NCBI GenBank assembly: GCA_902826215.1
Contig: CADEDY010000016.1
Coordinates: 3,109-67,108, forward strand
DNA length: 64,000 nucleotides
Origin: an uncultured Bacteroidota bacterium
GTDB taxonomy: Bacteria > Bacteroidota > Bacteroidia > Flavobacteriales_F > PHOS-HE28
Direction of reading: 5' to 3'
In this document: positions 49,228-59,016 of the stretch, piece after piece
Layout: each line of letters opens with the position of its first letter
Numbering within the stretch: position 1 is the stretch's first letter
Program-made: the position numbers and the translations under genes
The notes under the pieces: model-generated
Told to the model about the DNA's origin: nothing
What the model saw: only the letters and a program-made list of their open reading frames with translations
The model's database searches: none

Positions 49228-50892
49228 ATGCGCTTAACAGCACTTTGTCTTCTCCTTATCACCAGCGCCAGCACAGCCTTCGCCCAACCCGAACTCGCAG
49301 GCGACTTGAACACGCTGCCCGGTTGGATGCAACAGGTGATCTCCACCGAGAAGACACAGTCCTGTATCCTACCGAAGCGCGCCCCCTTGCACACCAACGC
49401 CTTCATCGGCACATGGAGCATCGCGAAGAAGAACGGATCGCGCTACGATTTCTGGAGCGACAAGTATCGTGTGGTGATCAAAGAGATCGACCGGAAAGGC
49501 GAACAACGGCGAACCTATTACATCGACCTGGAGGCGAACCTGCGCATGAACGCAAGCACGCACGAGGATGGAAACTTCTTCGCTGTAGAGGATCTGGAGA
49601 TCCCGCAGGCCGGTTACTTCCGAGAGCTTTGGAACGATTCGGTGCAAGCGACCGGTCGTGTGGAGGACATCCTGGGAGCATCTTGCAAGGAGCTGCGCGG
49701 CATCGACGGCAACAAGGACACGACCTACTACTGGAGCACCAACAAGCACCCCAAGCTCTTCGCCGACCTGCTGGTGTGGGCGCAGTGGCTGTGCCGCGAA
49801 GGCGACCTGAAATTCCTGAGCGCACTCAGCGACAGGAACGCTGGCGGATCGATGCGTGTGGACTGGCCGAAGCGCCGCTTTGGGCTAGAAGCCGGGAGTA
49901 TCGCCTTCCTGTCGATCACGCCCGGCGCCACGCCCATGCCTGTGCTGGAGCATAGGCCATACAAGGTGGTGGAGCAGCGTTTCCAGTGGTTGAACAACTC
50001 GGGCATCGGCCGCCTGCCGGATTGGATGCGCAGCTCCATCACTTCGCTCGAGCCCCATCCATTACCAGTGCAATTCACACCCGCACCCGTGGATCGCGGC
50101 ATCGCGGACAATGCCTTCATCGGCACCTTCACGGCGGAAACGCCTACGCGCTATGTTGATGAGAGGAAGGACACCACCATCCGGCTTGCGAAATACAGCT
50201 ACTGGGCCGATGCACGCCGTGCTGTCCTCACCCTCAACGACCCGGACGATGAAGGCACCGTGATCTACATGGTCGATCTCGATGCAGACGTGGCCATCGT
50301 AGCGACCAACGAAGGACACAGCTATGTGATCCCCAAGCTCTACATCGGCACGCTGGAGGACGCTGGACTTACCGAGTTCGGGCGTGGTGTGGAAATGGAC
50401 TTCCAACCACAAGGCCAATACAAGACAATTCTAGGCCGTAAATGCGAACTGCACACTTCGGCGGAAAGGTTCCTCCATTTCTACCTGTTCCCGAAGGAGG
50501 AAGTGCAGAACCCCATCTTCGACATGGCCCGGTGGATGGAACCACGCCCTTCGCAGAAGTTCAAGGACATCATGTTCTTCGGTGTCGCCGATAGGCCGAT
50601 GCCGATGGCCGTAATGAGCACGCAATTGACCAGTTACAAGCCCGGCAGCACCAAGCCACCGATCATCGACCTGAGCAATTACAGCGTGCGGGATCAGCGG
50701 CTCGAGCGTCGCCGGAATCGGGAGGAGCGACCGATGATCGAAGAACGCATCATTTCCATGGATGACCTGGAGAACGACAATTTGGTGGCACCAACTGAAG
50801 AGCCACCGGTATACATGATCGCAGAACCGCGGATTGAAATACCCGAACCACCACCGGTTGCGCCACCGCCACCGCCCGTGGCCCCGCGATGA
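49228..50892 (+). CDS. Secreted protein with two homologous internal domains and a Pro-rich C-terminal tail (paralog family member A)
   Basis: Signal peptide MRLTALCLLLITSASTAFAQ. Domains at about 30-270 and 280-520 share FIGTW / FIGTF and ILGASCKEL / ILGRKCEL motifs. The tail is EPPPVAPPPPPVAPR. Confidence 0.65.
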   Translation: MRLTALCLLLITSASTAFAQPELAGDLNTLPGWMQQVISTEKTQSCILPKRAPLHTNAFIGTWSIAKKNGSRYDFWSDKYRVVIKEIDRKGEQRRTYYIDLEANLRMNASTHEDGNFFAVEDLEIPQAGYFRELWNDSVQATGRVEDILGASCKELRGIDGNKDTTYYWSTNKHPKLFADLLVWAQWLCREGDLKFLSALSDRNAGGSMRVDWPKRRFGLEAGSIAFLSITPGATPMPVLEHRPYKVVEQRFQWLNNSGIGRLPDWMRSSITSLEPHPLPVQFTPAPVDRGIADNAFIGTFTAETPTRYVDERKDTTIRLAKYSYWADARRAVLTLNDPDDEGTVIYMVDLDADVAIVATNEGHSYVIPKLYIGTLEDAGLTEFGRGVEMDFQPQGQYKTILGRKCELHTSAERFLHFYLFPKEEVQNPIFDMARWMEPRPSQKFKDIMFFGVADRPMPMAVMSTQLTSYKPGSTKPPIIDLSNYSVRDQRLERRRNREERPMIEERIISMDDLENDNLVAPTEEPPVYMIAEPRIEIPEPPPVAPPPPPVAPR

Positions 50893-51689
50893 GCAACACG
50901 ACACACCACTGTTACATGCGGCATCCAGCGCTATTGCTCGTTCTTGTTCTGGCCACCTGCACACACGCACAATCCATCGCGCTTCCCGAATGGATCCATG
51001 GGTCCTTTGCACCCGAAGCCTCCACCGTGCTCACGGACCAGCCGACGCATAGCGCCTTGCGCAACACCTTCATCGGCAGCTACATGGTGCGCATCACCAT
51101 CCGGCACGATGGCATCACCCAACAACTCTATGTGAGCCAATGGTCCGACACCACACGCGGGGTGGTGCAGGTGCAGATGATACCGGGCTTCCCGCACACC
51201 ACCTACTTCGCCGACTTCAGCAGCAATACGGCCGTGATCGCCAACATCATCGAGCGCAAGGCGCGCGTGGGCGAGTTGAATGCGGTGCTGCTCACCGATC
51301 GCTTGGGTTCACCCGGCGCAGGCGCGCAGTTCGCTCCCTTCGGATCGATCAACGCCAAGCAGACCGAGAACATCGCTGGTATCGATTGCACGGAACACCT
51401 GCTCGTGGAAGGCGCCGACACCATGCACATGTGGCTCGCTGACATTTCGCCATCGCCCTTTGCCGAAGCTCCCGCTTGGATCCCGTTGAATGAAGGGCCA
51501 TTGAAAGCATTCCGTTTGCTGTACAAACTCGGTGATCGCGTTGCGTTCAAGTTCGTGTTGGCGCCGATGATCGAACTGGAGGTGATGGACTACACACCCG
51601 GCAGTGCACCTCCACCCTCCATCGACCTCAGCAGCTACACGTTGGAACGCATGCCAGCTGGGTCATTGGCGAGTCCCAAGCGCCCGTAG
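50889..51689 (+). CDS. Secreted single-domain paralog (family member B)
   Basis: Signal peptide. FIGSYMVRI and NIAGIDCTEHL motifs homologous to the domains of 49228-50892. ATGA overlap with the preceding gene. Confidence 0.65.
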   Translation: MSNTTHHCYMRHPALLLVLVLATCTHAQSIALPEWIHGSFAPEASTVLTDQPTHSALRNTFIGSYMVRITIRHDGITQQLYVSQWSDTTRGVVQVQMIPGFPHTTYFADFSSNTAVIANIIERKARVGELNAVLLTDRLGSPGAGAQFAPFGSINAKQTENIAGIDCTEHLLVEGADTMHMWLADISPSPFAEAPAWIPLNEGPLKAFRLLYKLGDRVAFKFVLAPMIELEVMDYTPGSAPPPSIDLSSYTLERMPAGSLASPKRP

Positions 51690-51716
51690 CAAGCGAAGAT
51701 ACAAGGCTTCATTATC

Positions 51717-52541
51717 TTGTCGTCCCTACCATCCCTGATCATGAGAACCGCACTCCTCCTCTCCCTGCTCGTTGTTTCCGTTGGCCAGAACACCCACGCC
51801 CAATCGCTCGAAGAGCTGATGAAGAGGGCGATGGAGCAAAGTCAGCAGAGTGCCGGCGGTGGTGCTGGAAGTGTCACCATCGAAGAGAACAACGACCCTT
51901 TCGAGCCGTTGGGTTTCACCGGTTCCTACAAGATGGAGGTGCATAATTACAAGAGCGGGAAAGAGGACAAGGACAGCCCGATGTTCGTGGACCTGGCATT
52001 CACCGACGATAAGATGGCCATTGCACCGCACAGCAGCTCTGCTGCCAAGCAGGACATGCGCATGATCTATGACCTCAAGAACAAATTCACGTACACGTTG
52101 ACGACGGATGAGAACGGAAAGCGCACCGGCATGAAGATGAAAATGATGAAGGTGAACGTGGATGAGAAGGAAGGCAAGGCCTCGTCCGATAAGACCAAGG
52201 TCGTGCGAACCGATGAGACCAGGACCATTGCCGGGCACACCTGCCGCAAATACACGTTCAGCGATGAGACCGGTAGCGGCGAAGCCTGGATCGCGGAGGA
52301 TGTCAAGTTCGATCCATCGAAGGCCATGGGCACCATGGTGGGCGGCAAGAAAGTGGAGAACTGGCAGAAGACGCCCTATACCGGCCTGGTGATGGAGACC
52401 ACGTGGAACGATGCCAATGGCAAGGACAAAATGGTCATGTACTGCAAGGACCTCGTGGTGGGCAAGGTGGATGAAGCCGCCTTCAGCACATCGGGCTACG
52501 AGATCATGGACATGAGCAACATGCCGATGTTCGGGAAGTGA
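51717..52541 (+). CDS. Secreted single-domain paralog (family member C; possibly DUF4412-like)
   Basis: Signal peptide MRTALLLSLLVVSVGQNTHAQ. FTGSYKMEV and RTIAGHTCRKY motifs in the same order as in members A and B. Lys-rich and lower in GC. The DUF4412 attribution is from memory only. Confidence 0.6.
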   Translation: MSSLPSLIMRTALLLSLLVVSVGQNTHAQSLEELMKRAMEQSQQSAGGGAGSVTIEENNDPFEPLGFTGSYKMEVHNYKSGKEDKDSPMFVDLAFTDDKMAIAPHSSSAAKQDMRMIYDLKNKFTYTLTTDENGKRTGMKMKMMKVNVDEKEGKASSDKTKVVRTDETRTIAGHTCRKYTFSDETGSGEAWIAEDVKFDPSKAMGTMVGGKKVENWQKTPYTGLVMETTWNDANGKDKMVMYCKDLVVGKVDEAAFSTSGYEIMDMSNMPMFGK

Positions 52542-52978
52542 TCATGCAAATCCATCCGGGGCTCATCGTAGCGGGCGGGATCGGCCAGATCTTCACCGCA
52601 TTGATCTACCCGTATATCCGCCATCGGGTATTCGATTGGTACACGGATGTGCGGAAGTTGAAACCGTTGAACCAAGAGATCGCCAAGACCTACGGACGGT
52701 ACATCGTTGGACTCAACTTCGGCTTCGGGCTTATGGCCGTTCTGATCCCGAACGACCTGATGAACGGGACTCCTCTTGCCGTTGCCATCACCGGCTTGAT
52801 CGCCGCCTATTGGATCGGTAAAGTGATCACGCAGTTCGCATACTATCCGATGTACACCATACCTCCCGGGGCGATCTTCAAATGGGGAGGCTACGGCATG
52901 AACATCCTTTTTTGCTCCTTCGCCGTGCTGTATGCAATGCTCGTGTATCATAACATAGCCTTGTTGACCGCTTCATGA
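52538..52978 (+). CDS. Hypothetical small integral membrane protein (GTG 52538 or ATG 52544 start)
   Basis: Four predicted TM segments in 146 aa. Overlaps the stop of the preceding gene. Confidence 0.5.
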   Translation: MIMQIHPGLIVAGGIGQIFTALIYPYIRHRVFDWYTDVRKLKPLNQEIAKTYGRYIVGLNFGFGLMAVLIPNDLMNGTPLAVAITGLIAAYWIGKVITQFAYYPMYTIPPGAIFKWGGYGMNILFCSFAVLYAMLVYHNIALLTAS

Positions 52979-53580
52979 CCCCTACGGGCAAACCCAGCAA
53001 GCTCGATTCTTTGGAGCGTGTGGAGGTGTGCAGCCGTGCGGAATGGCGTGCGTGGTTGAGAAAGCATCACACCCGAAAGGCCGGAATTTGGCTCGTGTAC
53101 TGGAAGAAGGGTCATCCCGACAAGCACATCGGTTATGTGCCGATCGTGGAAGAGGCCCTTTGTTTCGGGTGGATCGATAGCACGGCGCGCACTCTGGATG
53201 CCGACCGGTCCATGCTCCACGTCTGTCCGCGCAAGCCGAAAAGCATGTGGAGCAAGGTGAACAAAGGCCACGTGGACAGGCTGATCGCGAGCAAACGCAT
53301 GATGCCTGCCGGCATGAAGGCCATCGAGGTGGCCAAGGCCAATGGTTCATGGACCACACTCGATGCAGTGGACACCTTGGAAGTTCCGAAGGATCTGGCC
53401 AAGGCGTTGGCCATGGACCGTACCGCGAAGAAGCATTTCGATGCCTTCCCCGCCAGTGCGCGCAAGTACATCCTCTACTGGATCAGCAGTGCACGGACGG
53501 ACGGCACACGAGCCAAGCGCATCGCCCAGACCGTTGACCAAGCGGCACAGAACATCCGCGCTGGGATGCAACGACCATGA
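52975..53580 (+). CDS. YdeI/OmpD-associated family protein (DUF1801-like)
   Basis: Conserved LCFGWIDS and YILYWISSAKT-type motifs (here YILYWISSARTDGTRAKRI). 201 aa. Confidence 0.65.
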   Translation: MTPTGKPSKLDSLERVEVCSRAEWRAWLRKHHTRKAGIWLVYWKKGHPDKHIGYVPIVEEALCFGWIDSTARTLDADRSMLHVCPRKPKSMWSKVNKGHVDRLIASKRMMPAGMKAIEVAKANGSWTTLDAVDTLEVPKDLAKALAMDRTAKKHFDAFPASARKYILYWISSARTDGTRAKRIAQTVDQAAQNIRAGMQRP

Positions 53581-54398
53581 ACGCGACAGCAGTGAAGGGG
53601 GTATTGAACGAGGCCTACGAACGCTACGCGCAACCCTCCTTCATCGACCTCGACCCCATCCACATCCCGCGCTCCTTCGCACGACGCGCCGACGCGGAGG
53701 TGATCGGCTTCCTCACGGCCACCATCGCGTGGGGCCAACGCGTCACCATCATCAACAACGCGAAGAAGCTGGTGCAACTGATGGACGAAGCACCACACGA
53801 CTTCGTAATGAACGCTACGGACAGCGAACTCGATCGCCTCGCCCCTTTCATCCACCGCACCTTCAACGGCACCGACCTGCGGCATTTCGTGCTCGGTCTT
53901 CGCCACCTGTACAACGCCTACGGCGGTTTGGAGAACGCATTCCTTCCGGAAGCGAACGGAGCTTCGAGCCGCGAGCCACGAGCTGGCGCAAGCAAGCTCA
54001 AGGCTCGAAGCTCGTGGCTCGCAAGTGAAGGCATTCCCCTCTTCAAGCAACGCTTCTTCGAGCCCACCCACCAGCCACGCACGCAAAAGCACGTCGCCGA
54101 TCCCGGCAAGGGCAGCAATGCCAAACGCATCAACATGTACCTGCGCTGGATGGTGCGCCCCAACGACCGCGGCGTGGATCTCGGCCTGTGGAAGAAGATC
54201 ACACCCGCCGACCTGATGGTGCCGCTGGATGTCCACACCGGCCGTGTAGGCCGCGAGCTGGGCCTCTTGCAACGTACCCAGGACGATTGGAAGGCCGTGG
54301 AGGAACTCACCGCCAGCCTACGCATGTTCGATCCGGCAGACCCGGTGAAGTACGACATCGCGTTGTTCGGTATCGGGGTGAATACGGAACGCAGATGA
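53577..54398 (+). CDS. TIGR02757/DUF2400 family protein
   Basis: Conserved segments YLRWMVRPNDRGVDLGLW and VPLDVHTGRVGRELGLL typical of this Bacteroidota-enriched family. Assignment from memory. Confidence 0.5.
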   Translation: MNATAVKGVLNEAYERYAQPSFIDLDPIHIPRSFARRADAEVIGFLTATIAWGQRVTIINNAKKLVQLMDEAPHDFVMNATDSELDRLAPFIHRTFNGTDLRHFVLGLRHLYNAYGGLENAFLPEANGASSREPRAGASKLKARSSWLASEGIPLFKQRFFEPTHQPRTQKHVADPGKGSNAKRINMYLRWMVRPNDRGVDLGLWKKITPADLMVPLDVHTGRVGRELGLLQRTQDDWKAVEELTASLRMFDPADPVKYDIALFGIGVNTERR

Positions 54399-54640
54399 CG
54401 CGGATCTTGCTGATGAACGCTGATCAAAGCTCAGGCATTGGGGGGAGCTATGGAACGCAGAGGACGCGGATCCAGCTGACGAGCACTGATCCTTCGTCAT
54501 GAAGCAATGGGTGGCATTCATCTGTGTCGATCCCCCCATCTGTGTCATCAGCGTTCCAACCCCATCCCATCCGCATTCCACCGCCACCATCTGCATAATC
54601 CGCGTCGATCCGCCCCATCTGCGTCCTCTGCGTTCCAACA
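54385..54640. repeat. Cluster of degenerate direct and inverted repeats (motif GGAACGCAGAKGACGCGGATC and its reverse complement; CATCTGYG sub-repeats) upstream of the BatA-domain gene
   Basis: Direct copies at 54385-54432 and 54451-54496 (about 75% identical). Inverted partial copy at 54605-54634 (reverse complement GGAACGCAGAGGACGC...CGGATC). CATCTGTGTC at 54519 and 54538. CATCTGC at 54588 and 54616. GTCGATCC at 54525 and 54603. Confidence 0.6.
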
Positions 54641-54664
54641 CCCACCCGACTATCTTCGCACCCA

Positions 54665-56701
54665 ATGTCCTTCCTACACCCGGCATTCCTCTGGGCCCTT
54701 ACCGCCCTGGCGATCCCGGTGCTCATCCACCTCTTCCAGCTTCGGCGCTTCAAGCGCATCGACTTTCCGAACGTTCGGTTCTTGGCGGAGATCTCGCAGC
54801 AGACGCGTGCTCGGAAGAAGGTGCAGCATTGGCTCGTGCTCTTGGCTCGCTTGCTCGCCCTGGCCTGTTTGGTATTGGCCTTCGCGCAACCCTACTTGCC
54901 CAGCAAAAGCGGCGCGGTGCAGGCCGGACAGCGGGCGGTATCGCTCTTCTTGGACGACTCCTTCAGCATGGACGGTCGCAACGCGCAAGGGCGCTTGTTG
55001 GATCAAGCCCGTAAAGGCGCACAGGATGCCGTGATGGCCTACAGTGCCACCGACCGTTTCCAAGTACTCACCGGCCAGTTCGGTGGCAAAGAGCAGATCC
55101 TGCTCGGGCGCGACGAAGCCCTCGATGCATCGGCACAAGCAGAGGTCGGTCCGTACTCCCGTTTGCTCAGCAAAGTGCTGTTGCGCCAACGTGAAGCCCT
55201 GGCCAGCAGCGAGGCACGGACCAAGCGGTCCATCCTCTTCACCGACCTGCAACGCTCCATCACCGATGTGGAAAGTTGGACCAACGACAGCCTCGTCCCC
55301 ACCGTGATCGTGCCGCTCACCGCCAGCACGCCGGACAACCTCAGCATCGACAGCGCCTGGTTCGGCAGCCCCGTTCGCCGCGCCGGACAGGATGAAGAAC
55401 TGCATGTCCGGATCCGCAACTACGGCGACCAAGAACTGGTGAATGTGCCATTGCGCTTGGATGTGGACGGACGACAACGCGCCGTGGCCTCCTTCAGCGT
55501 GGGTGGCGGTGCTGTGGTGGATACCACCTTGCGTTTCCTAGGCGATGGCCCCGGCAACCACTGGGGCGTGGTGAGCGTGACCGATCAACCCGTGGTGTTC
55601 GATGACCGCCTTTACATCGCGTACCAAGTGACCGACCGATTGCGCGTGCTGCTCGTGAGCGGTGGCGATGCAACCGGCGACCGCGCCGTCACCAGTGTTT
55701 TCGCAGGTGATAGCACGCACACCTTCACCACCCAACCCTACCGTGCGCTCGACCTCGCCGGACTTGCGGCGCAGGACCTCGTGGTGCTGAACGCCCTGCC
55801 CGATGTGCCCGGCGGACTGCTCAACGCGCTCACCGATTTCGTCGCCAATGGCGGCAGCATGGTCGTGTTCCCGCCGAGCCAAGGCGATGCCAGCCGCTAC
55901 ACCGAACTCTTCGGGGCCATGGGTGCGGCTGCTCCCACCCGTCTCGATACCGGCACCGTGCGCGTGGACCGCATCGACCTGGAAGAACCCTTCTACCGCG
56001 CCATCTTCCAGACCATGCCCCGCAACGTGGAACTGCCCGTGGTGCGCGAACGCTGGAACGTGCGCCCTGCTCCGGGCAGCGATGTTCTGCTGCGCTTGCA
56101 GGACGGCAGCCCCTTCCTCGCGCGCAGCATGCGGGGCAAGGGCACCGTGTACCTCTGCGCGGCGCCCTTGGCCGAAAGCGCAAGCAACCTCACCCGTCAC
56201 TCGCTCTTCGCCACGTCGCTGCTGCGCATGGCCGAACTGAGCCGCCCCATGGGCGCCCTCTACCACACCATCGGCGACGAGGCCAGCATTCCGTTGGAGA
56301 CCGCCACACCCACCGACGAGCCTCCACATTTGAAAGGTCCCGAAGGCCTGGATCTGGTGCCCGAAGTGCGTCGCACCGCCAGCCGCACCGAGCTGCTGTT
56401 GCACGATCAGGACCTGCCCGACGGCCCCTACTTCATCACCAGCGGCACCGACACCTTGAGCGCCGTTGCGCTGAACCTCGCCCGCCGCGAGAGCGACCTG
56501 CAAGCCTTCACCGGCGACGAGCTGCGCGCCCTCCTCACCGAGCGCGGGCTCACCACCTTCTCGGTGCTCGAAGGCGGCTCCGAGGATCTTTCGTTACGTT
56601 TGAATGAACTCGACCAGGGGCGCAAACTGTGGAAGTGGTTCATCCTCTTCGCCCTGCTCTTCCTGGCCGCTGAAGTGTTCCTGATCCGCTACGTCCGATG
56701 A
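54665..56701 (+). CDS. BatA-domain protein (N-terminal double-transmembrane domain), large periplasmic region, C-terminal TM anchor
   Basis: N-terminal FLHPAFLWALTALAIPVLIHLFQLRRFKRIDFPNVRFL matches the BatA/N-terminal double-TM domain. C-terminal helix WFILFALLFLAAEVFLI. 678 aa. Confidence 0.7.
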   Translation: MSFLHPAFLWALTALAIPVLIHLFQLRRFKRIDFPNVRFLAEISQQTRARKKVQHWLVLLARLLALACLVLAFAQPYLPSKSGAVQAGQRAVSLFLDDSFSMDGRNAQGRLLDQARKGAQDAVMAYSATDRFQVLTGQFGGKEQILLGRDEALDASAQAEVGPYSRLLSKVLLRQREALASSEARTKRSILFTDLQRSITDVESWTNDSLVPTVIVPLTASTPDNLSIDSAWFGSPVRRAGQDEELHVRIRNYGDQELVNVPLRLDVDGRQRAVASFSVGGGAVVDTTLRFLGDGPGNHWGVVSVTDQPVVFDDRLYIAYQVTDRLRVLLVSGGDATGDRAVTSVFAGDSTHTFTTQPYRALDLAGLAAQDLVVLNALPDVPGGLLNALTDFVANGGSMVVFPPSQGDASRYTELFGAMGAAAPTRLDTGTVRVDRIDLEEPFYRAIFQTMPRNVELPVVRERWNVRPAPGSDVLLRLQDGSPFLARSMRGKGTVYLCAAPLAESASNLTRHSLFATSLLRMAELSRPMGALYHTIGDEASIPLETATPTDEPPHLKGPEGLDLVPEVRRTASRTELLLHDQDLPDGPYFITSGTDTLSAVALNLARRESDLQAFTGDELRALLTERGLTTFSVLEGGSEDLSLRLNELDQGRKLWKWFILFALLFLAAEVFLIRYVR

Positions 56702-57999
56702 ACGAGATCGTACTTCGCAAGGTGAAGGTGGTGGACCCCGGTGGTCCGCACCACGACAGCATCGTGGACATCCTCATCCGCGATGGCCGCATCGAGAAGA
56801 TCGGCGAACGCATCGCCCGCGGCGACACCCCCGTGGTGAAGATCGACGGGGCGCATGCCAGTCCCGGTTGGGTGGATCTGCGCGCGCACTTCCGCGATCC
56901 CGGCGAAGAGTGGAAGGCCGGCATCACCAACGGCCTCGATGCCGCCGCTGCCGGTGGCTTCACTGCGGTGGCTGTGCTGCCCAGCACCAAACCCGTCACC
57001 GACGACCGCGCGGGTATCGGCTACCTGCTGCGCCAAGCCGAGGGCCACCCCGTGCAACTGCTGCCGCTGGGCGCCATCACCCAAGGCCTCAAGGGCGAAC
57101 AGCTCGCCGAACTGCACGACCAGCAACAGGCCGGTGCGGTGGGCTTCAGCGACGACCAGCACACCATCCGCAATGCGCGGCTGATGCTCCTTGCCCTGCA
57201 ATACGCCGCTGGTCTCGGGGCCAAGGGACTGCCCGTGATGGTGTTCCCGAACGACCCGGACCTGGCCCGCAACGGGCAGATGCACGAAGGCGCCATGAGC
57301 ACCCGCCTCGGCCTCAAGGGCCTGCCCCCGCTGGCCGAAACACTTCAGCTGCAACGCGACCTCGCGATCCTGGCATACACCGGTGGGCACCTGCACGTAT
57401 CAACGATCAGCACCGCCGAAAGCGTGGAACTGGTGCGCCAAGCGAAGGCGAAGAAGTTGCACATCACCGCCAGCGTGGCCACTCACAACCTGCTGCTGGA
57501 CGATGGCTGCCTGCGCGGCTTTGAGACCTGCTACAAGGTGCTGCCGCCACTGCGCGACCTGGAACACATCGATGCCCTGCGCGAAGGCGTGAAGGACGGC
57601 ACCATCGACGCCATCGTGAGCGACCACCGCCCTGAGGACCGCGAACACAAGGTGCTGGAATACGGCCCCGCCGCCTTCGGCATCATCGGGCTGGAGACCG
57701 CCTTCGGAGTGGCCAACACCGCCCTGAAAGGCCGCATGCCCTTGCGCCGCACCATCGAACGTTTCACCCACGGCCCGCGCGCCGTGCTGGGCCTGCCCCG
57801 CGTACACATCGCCGAGGGCACCGCCGCCAACATCACCCTCTTCGACCCCGAAGTGGACTGGACCTGCACCGAAGCCGACCTCGTGAGCAAGAGCCACAAC
57901 ACCCCTTTCTTGGGGCAACGGCTTACCGGCCGGCCGCTGGGCATTGTGGTTGGGAAGGTGGTGAGGATGGTGCCGGCGATGAAGGGCGAAGTAGCATAA
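56698..57999 (+). CDS. pyrC: Dihydroorotase (amidohydrolase superfamily, multifunctional-complex type)
   Basis: WVDLRAHFRDPG (metal-binding His pair context), FSDD, ITASVATHNL and DHRPED motifs. 433 aa. 4-nt overlap with the upstream gene. Confidence 0.85.
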   Translation: MNEIVLRKVKVVDPGGPHHDSIVDILIRDGRIEKIGERIARGDTPVVKIDGAHASPGWVDLRAHFRDPGEEWKAGITNGLDAAAAGGFTAVAVLPSTKPVTDDRAGIGYLLRQAEGHPVQLLPLGAITQGLKGEQLAELHDQQQAGAVGFSDDQHTIRNARLMLLALQYAAGLGAKGLPVMVFPNDPDLARNGQMHEGAMSTRLGLKGLPPLAETLQLQRDLAILAYTGGHLHVSTISTAESVELVRQAKAKKLHITASVATHNLLLDDGCLRGFETCYKVLPPLRDLEHIDALREGVKDGTIDAIVSDHRPEDREHKVLEYGPAAFGIIGLETAFGVANTALKGRMPLRRTIERFTHGPRAVLGLPRVHIAEGTAANITLFDPEVDWTCTEADLVSKSHNTPFLGQRLTGRPLGIVVGKVVRMVPAMKGEVA

Positions 58000-58129
58000 G
58001 TTGCTCCGTTAAGGAAGCTCCATCATTACGCCAAGACCTCTAATTGGCATCATAAGTTCGCGAAGAACGGAACAGCCACAAGCACACTTGGCAATCTCGA
58101 AATGCCGTTAGGTCTCCACACTGGGTGAA

Positions 58130-58888
58130 TTGGACAAGCGCTTGAAATATCTCTTGATCGTCTCGATCCTCTTGAACGGGATTCTGCTCTACTTGCTCTT
58201 CCGACCCGAGGCGATCGATCGAATCCCCCCTTGGCATCCATTCCAATTGAACTCGGACCTCACCTTGGGATCGATCGTGGACGATGGATATCGCTTCGCA
58301 AGTATGCCGTGTGGTCAAGTGCAATACACCAAGCAATTAGGCGATACCATCATTCAATATGAAGTTGAAGTCGATTGCAGATCCTATCATGGCAAGCATG
58401 AACCGAACTTCGAGTTCGGGGGTGATGAAGTGATCCCGGATTTGAATGAAGGCGAAAGAACGCAGGAGGAGATTGAACAGGAGAAGCTCAGCGCTAGAAA
58501 TTGGGAAGCGGCGGTCAAGTCGAACGCGTATTACCCGTGGACCCCAAATGAGATCGAAGGTTGCTATCAGAACATCAATTGGCGGGTATTCACCATAGTC
58601 CTCGGTCAAACGATCGATAGCCTCTTCATTGAGGACTACATCAGGAGCAAAGACGGCGTAGTGAATGAACACTTGAGCGATTGGAACGCACGCGATGGCG
58701 GAAATATCGTTGTCTATTACCCTGCGACATCGATCTACTTTCAATGTTCGCTGAGCCGCGACTGGTCCAGCGAAGAATCCGAACAATGGGAATTCAGGAT
58801 CGTAAGGACAATTCCTGACCTTGACCAGCGGGCGAGAGAAGCCAGACAGGAGCGCTCGAAGATGATCGGGAAGTACTATGGACGCTGA
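58130..58888 (+). CDS. Hypothetical membrane-anchored protein (TTG start at 58130; N-terminal TM helix). First gene of the low-GC islet.
   Basis: N-terminal LKYLLIVSILLNGILLYLLF helix. GC about 50-52% versus about 65-70% in the flanking genes. No recognised family. Confidence 0.5.
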   Translation: MDKRLKYLLIVSILLNGILLYLLFRPEAIDRIPPWHPFQLNSDLTLGSIVDDGYRFASMPCGQVQYTKQLGDTIIQYEVEVDCRSYHGKHEPNFEFGGDEVIPDLNEGERTQEEIEQEKLSARNWEAAVKSNAYYPWTPNEIEGCYQNINWRVFTIVLGQTIDSLFIEDYIRSKDGVVNEHLSDWNARDGGNIVVYYPATSIYFQCSLSRDWSSEESEQWEFRIVRTIPDLDQRAREARQERSKMIGKYYGR

Positions 58889-59016
58889 ATCGACGCAAGG
58901 TCCTCGATCTTCTACATCCTATTGAACCATACCGTTATCGGTTCCATGAAGTCGATCTCCGATCAAACCACGGAGGTCAACAGTTCGGTGATATCTTCGA
59001 ACAGTAACCTCACCCT

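Noticed and set aside
49245-49955. 236-aa alternative-frame ORF inside gene 49228-50892
   Set aside because: Arg/His-rich translation with no signal peptide or motifs. The primary frame gives a signal peptide and an internally duplicated domain.
54499-55034. ORFs 54499-55014 and 54507-55034 (+) overlapping the repeat cluster and the 5' end of the BatA-domain gene
   Set aside because: They are out of frame with the BatA-domain ORF, which has a recognisable N-terminal double-TM domain. Their translations are Pro/Arg/Ser-rich. They probably arise from the repeat-rich GC sequence.
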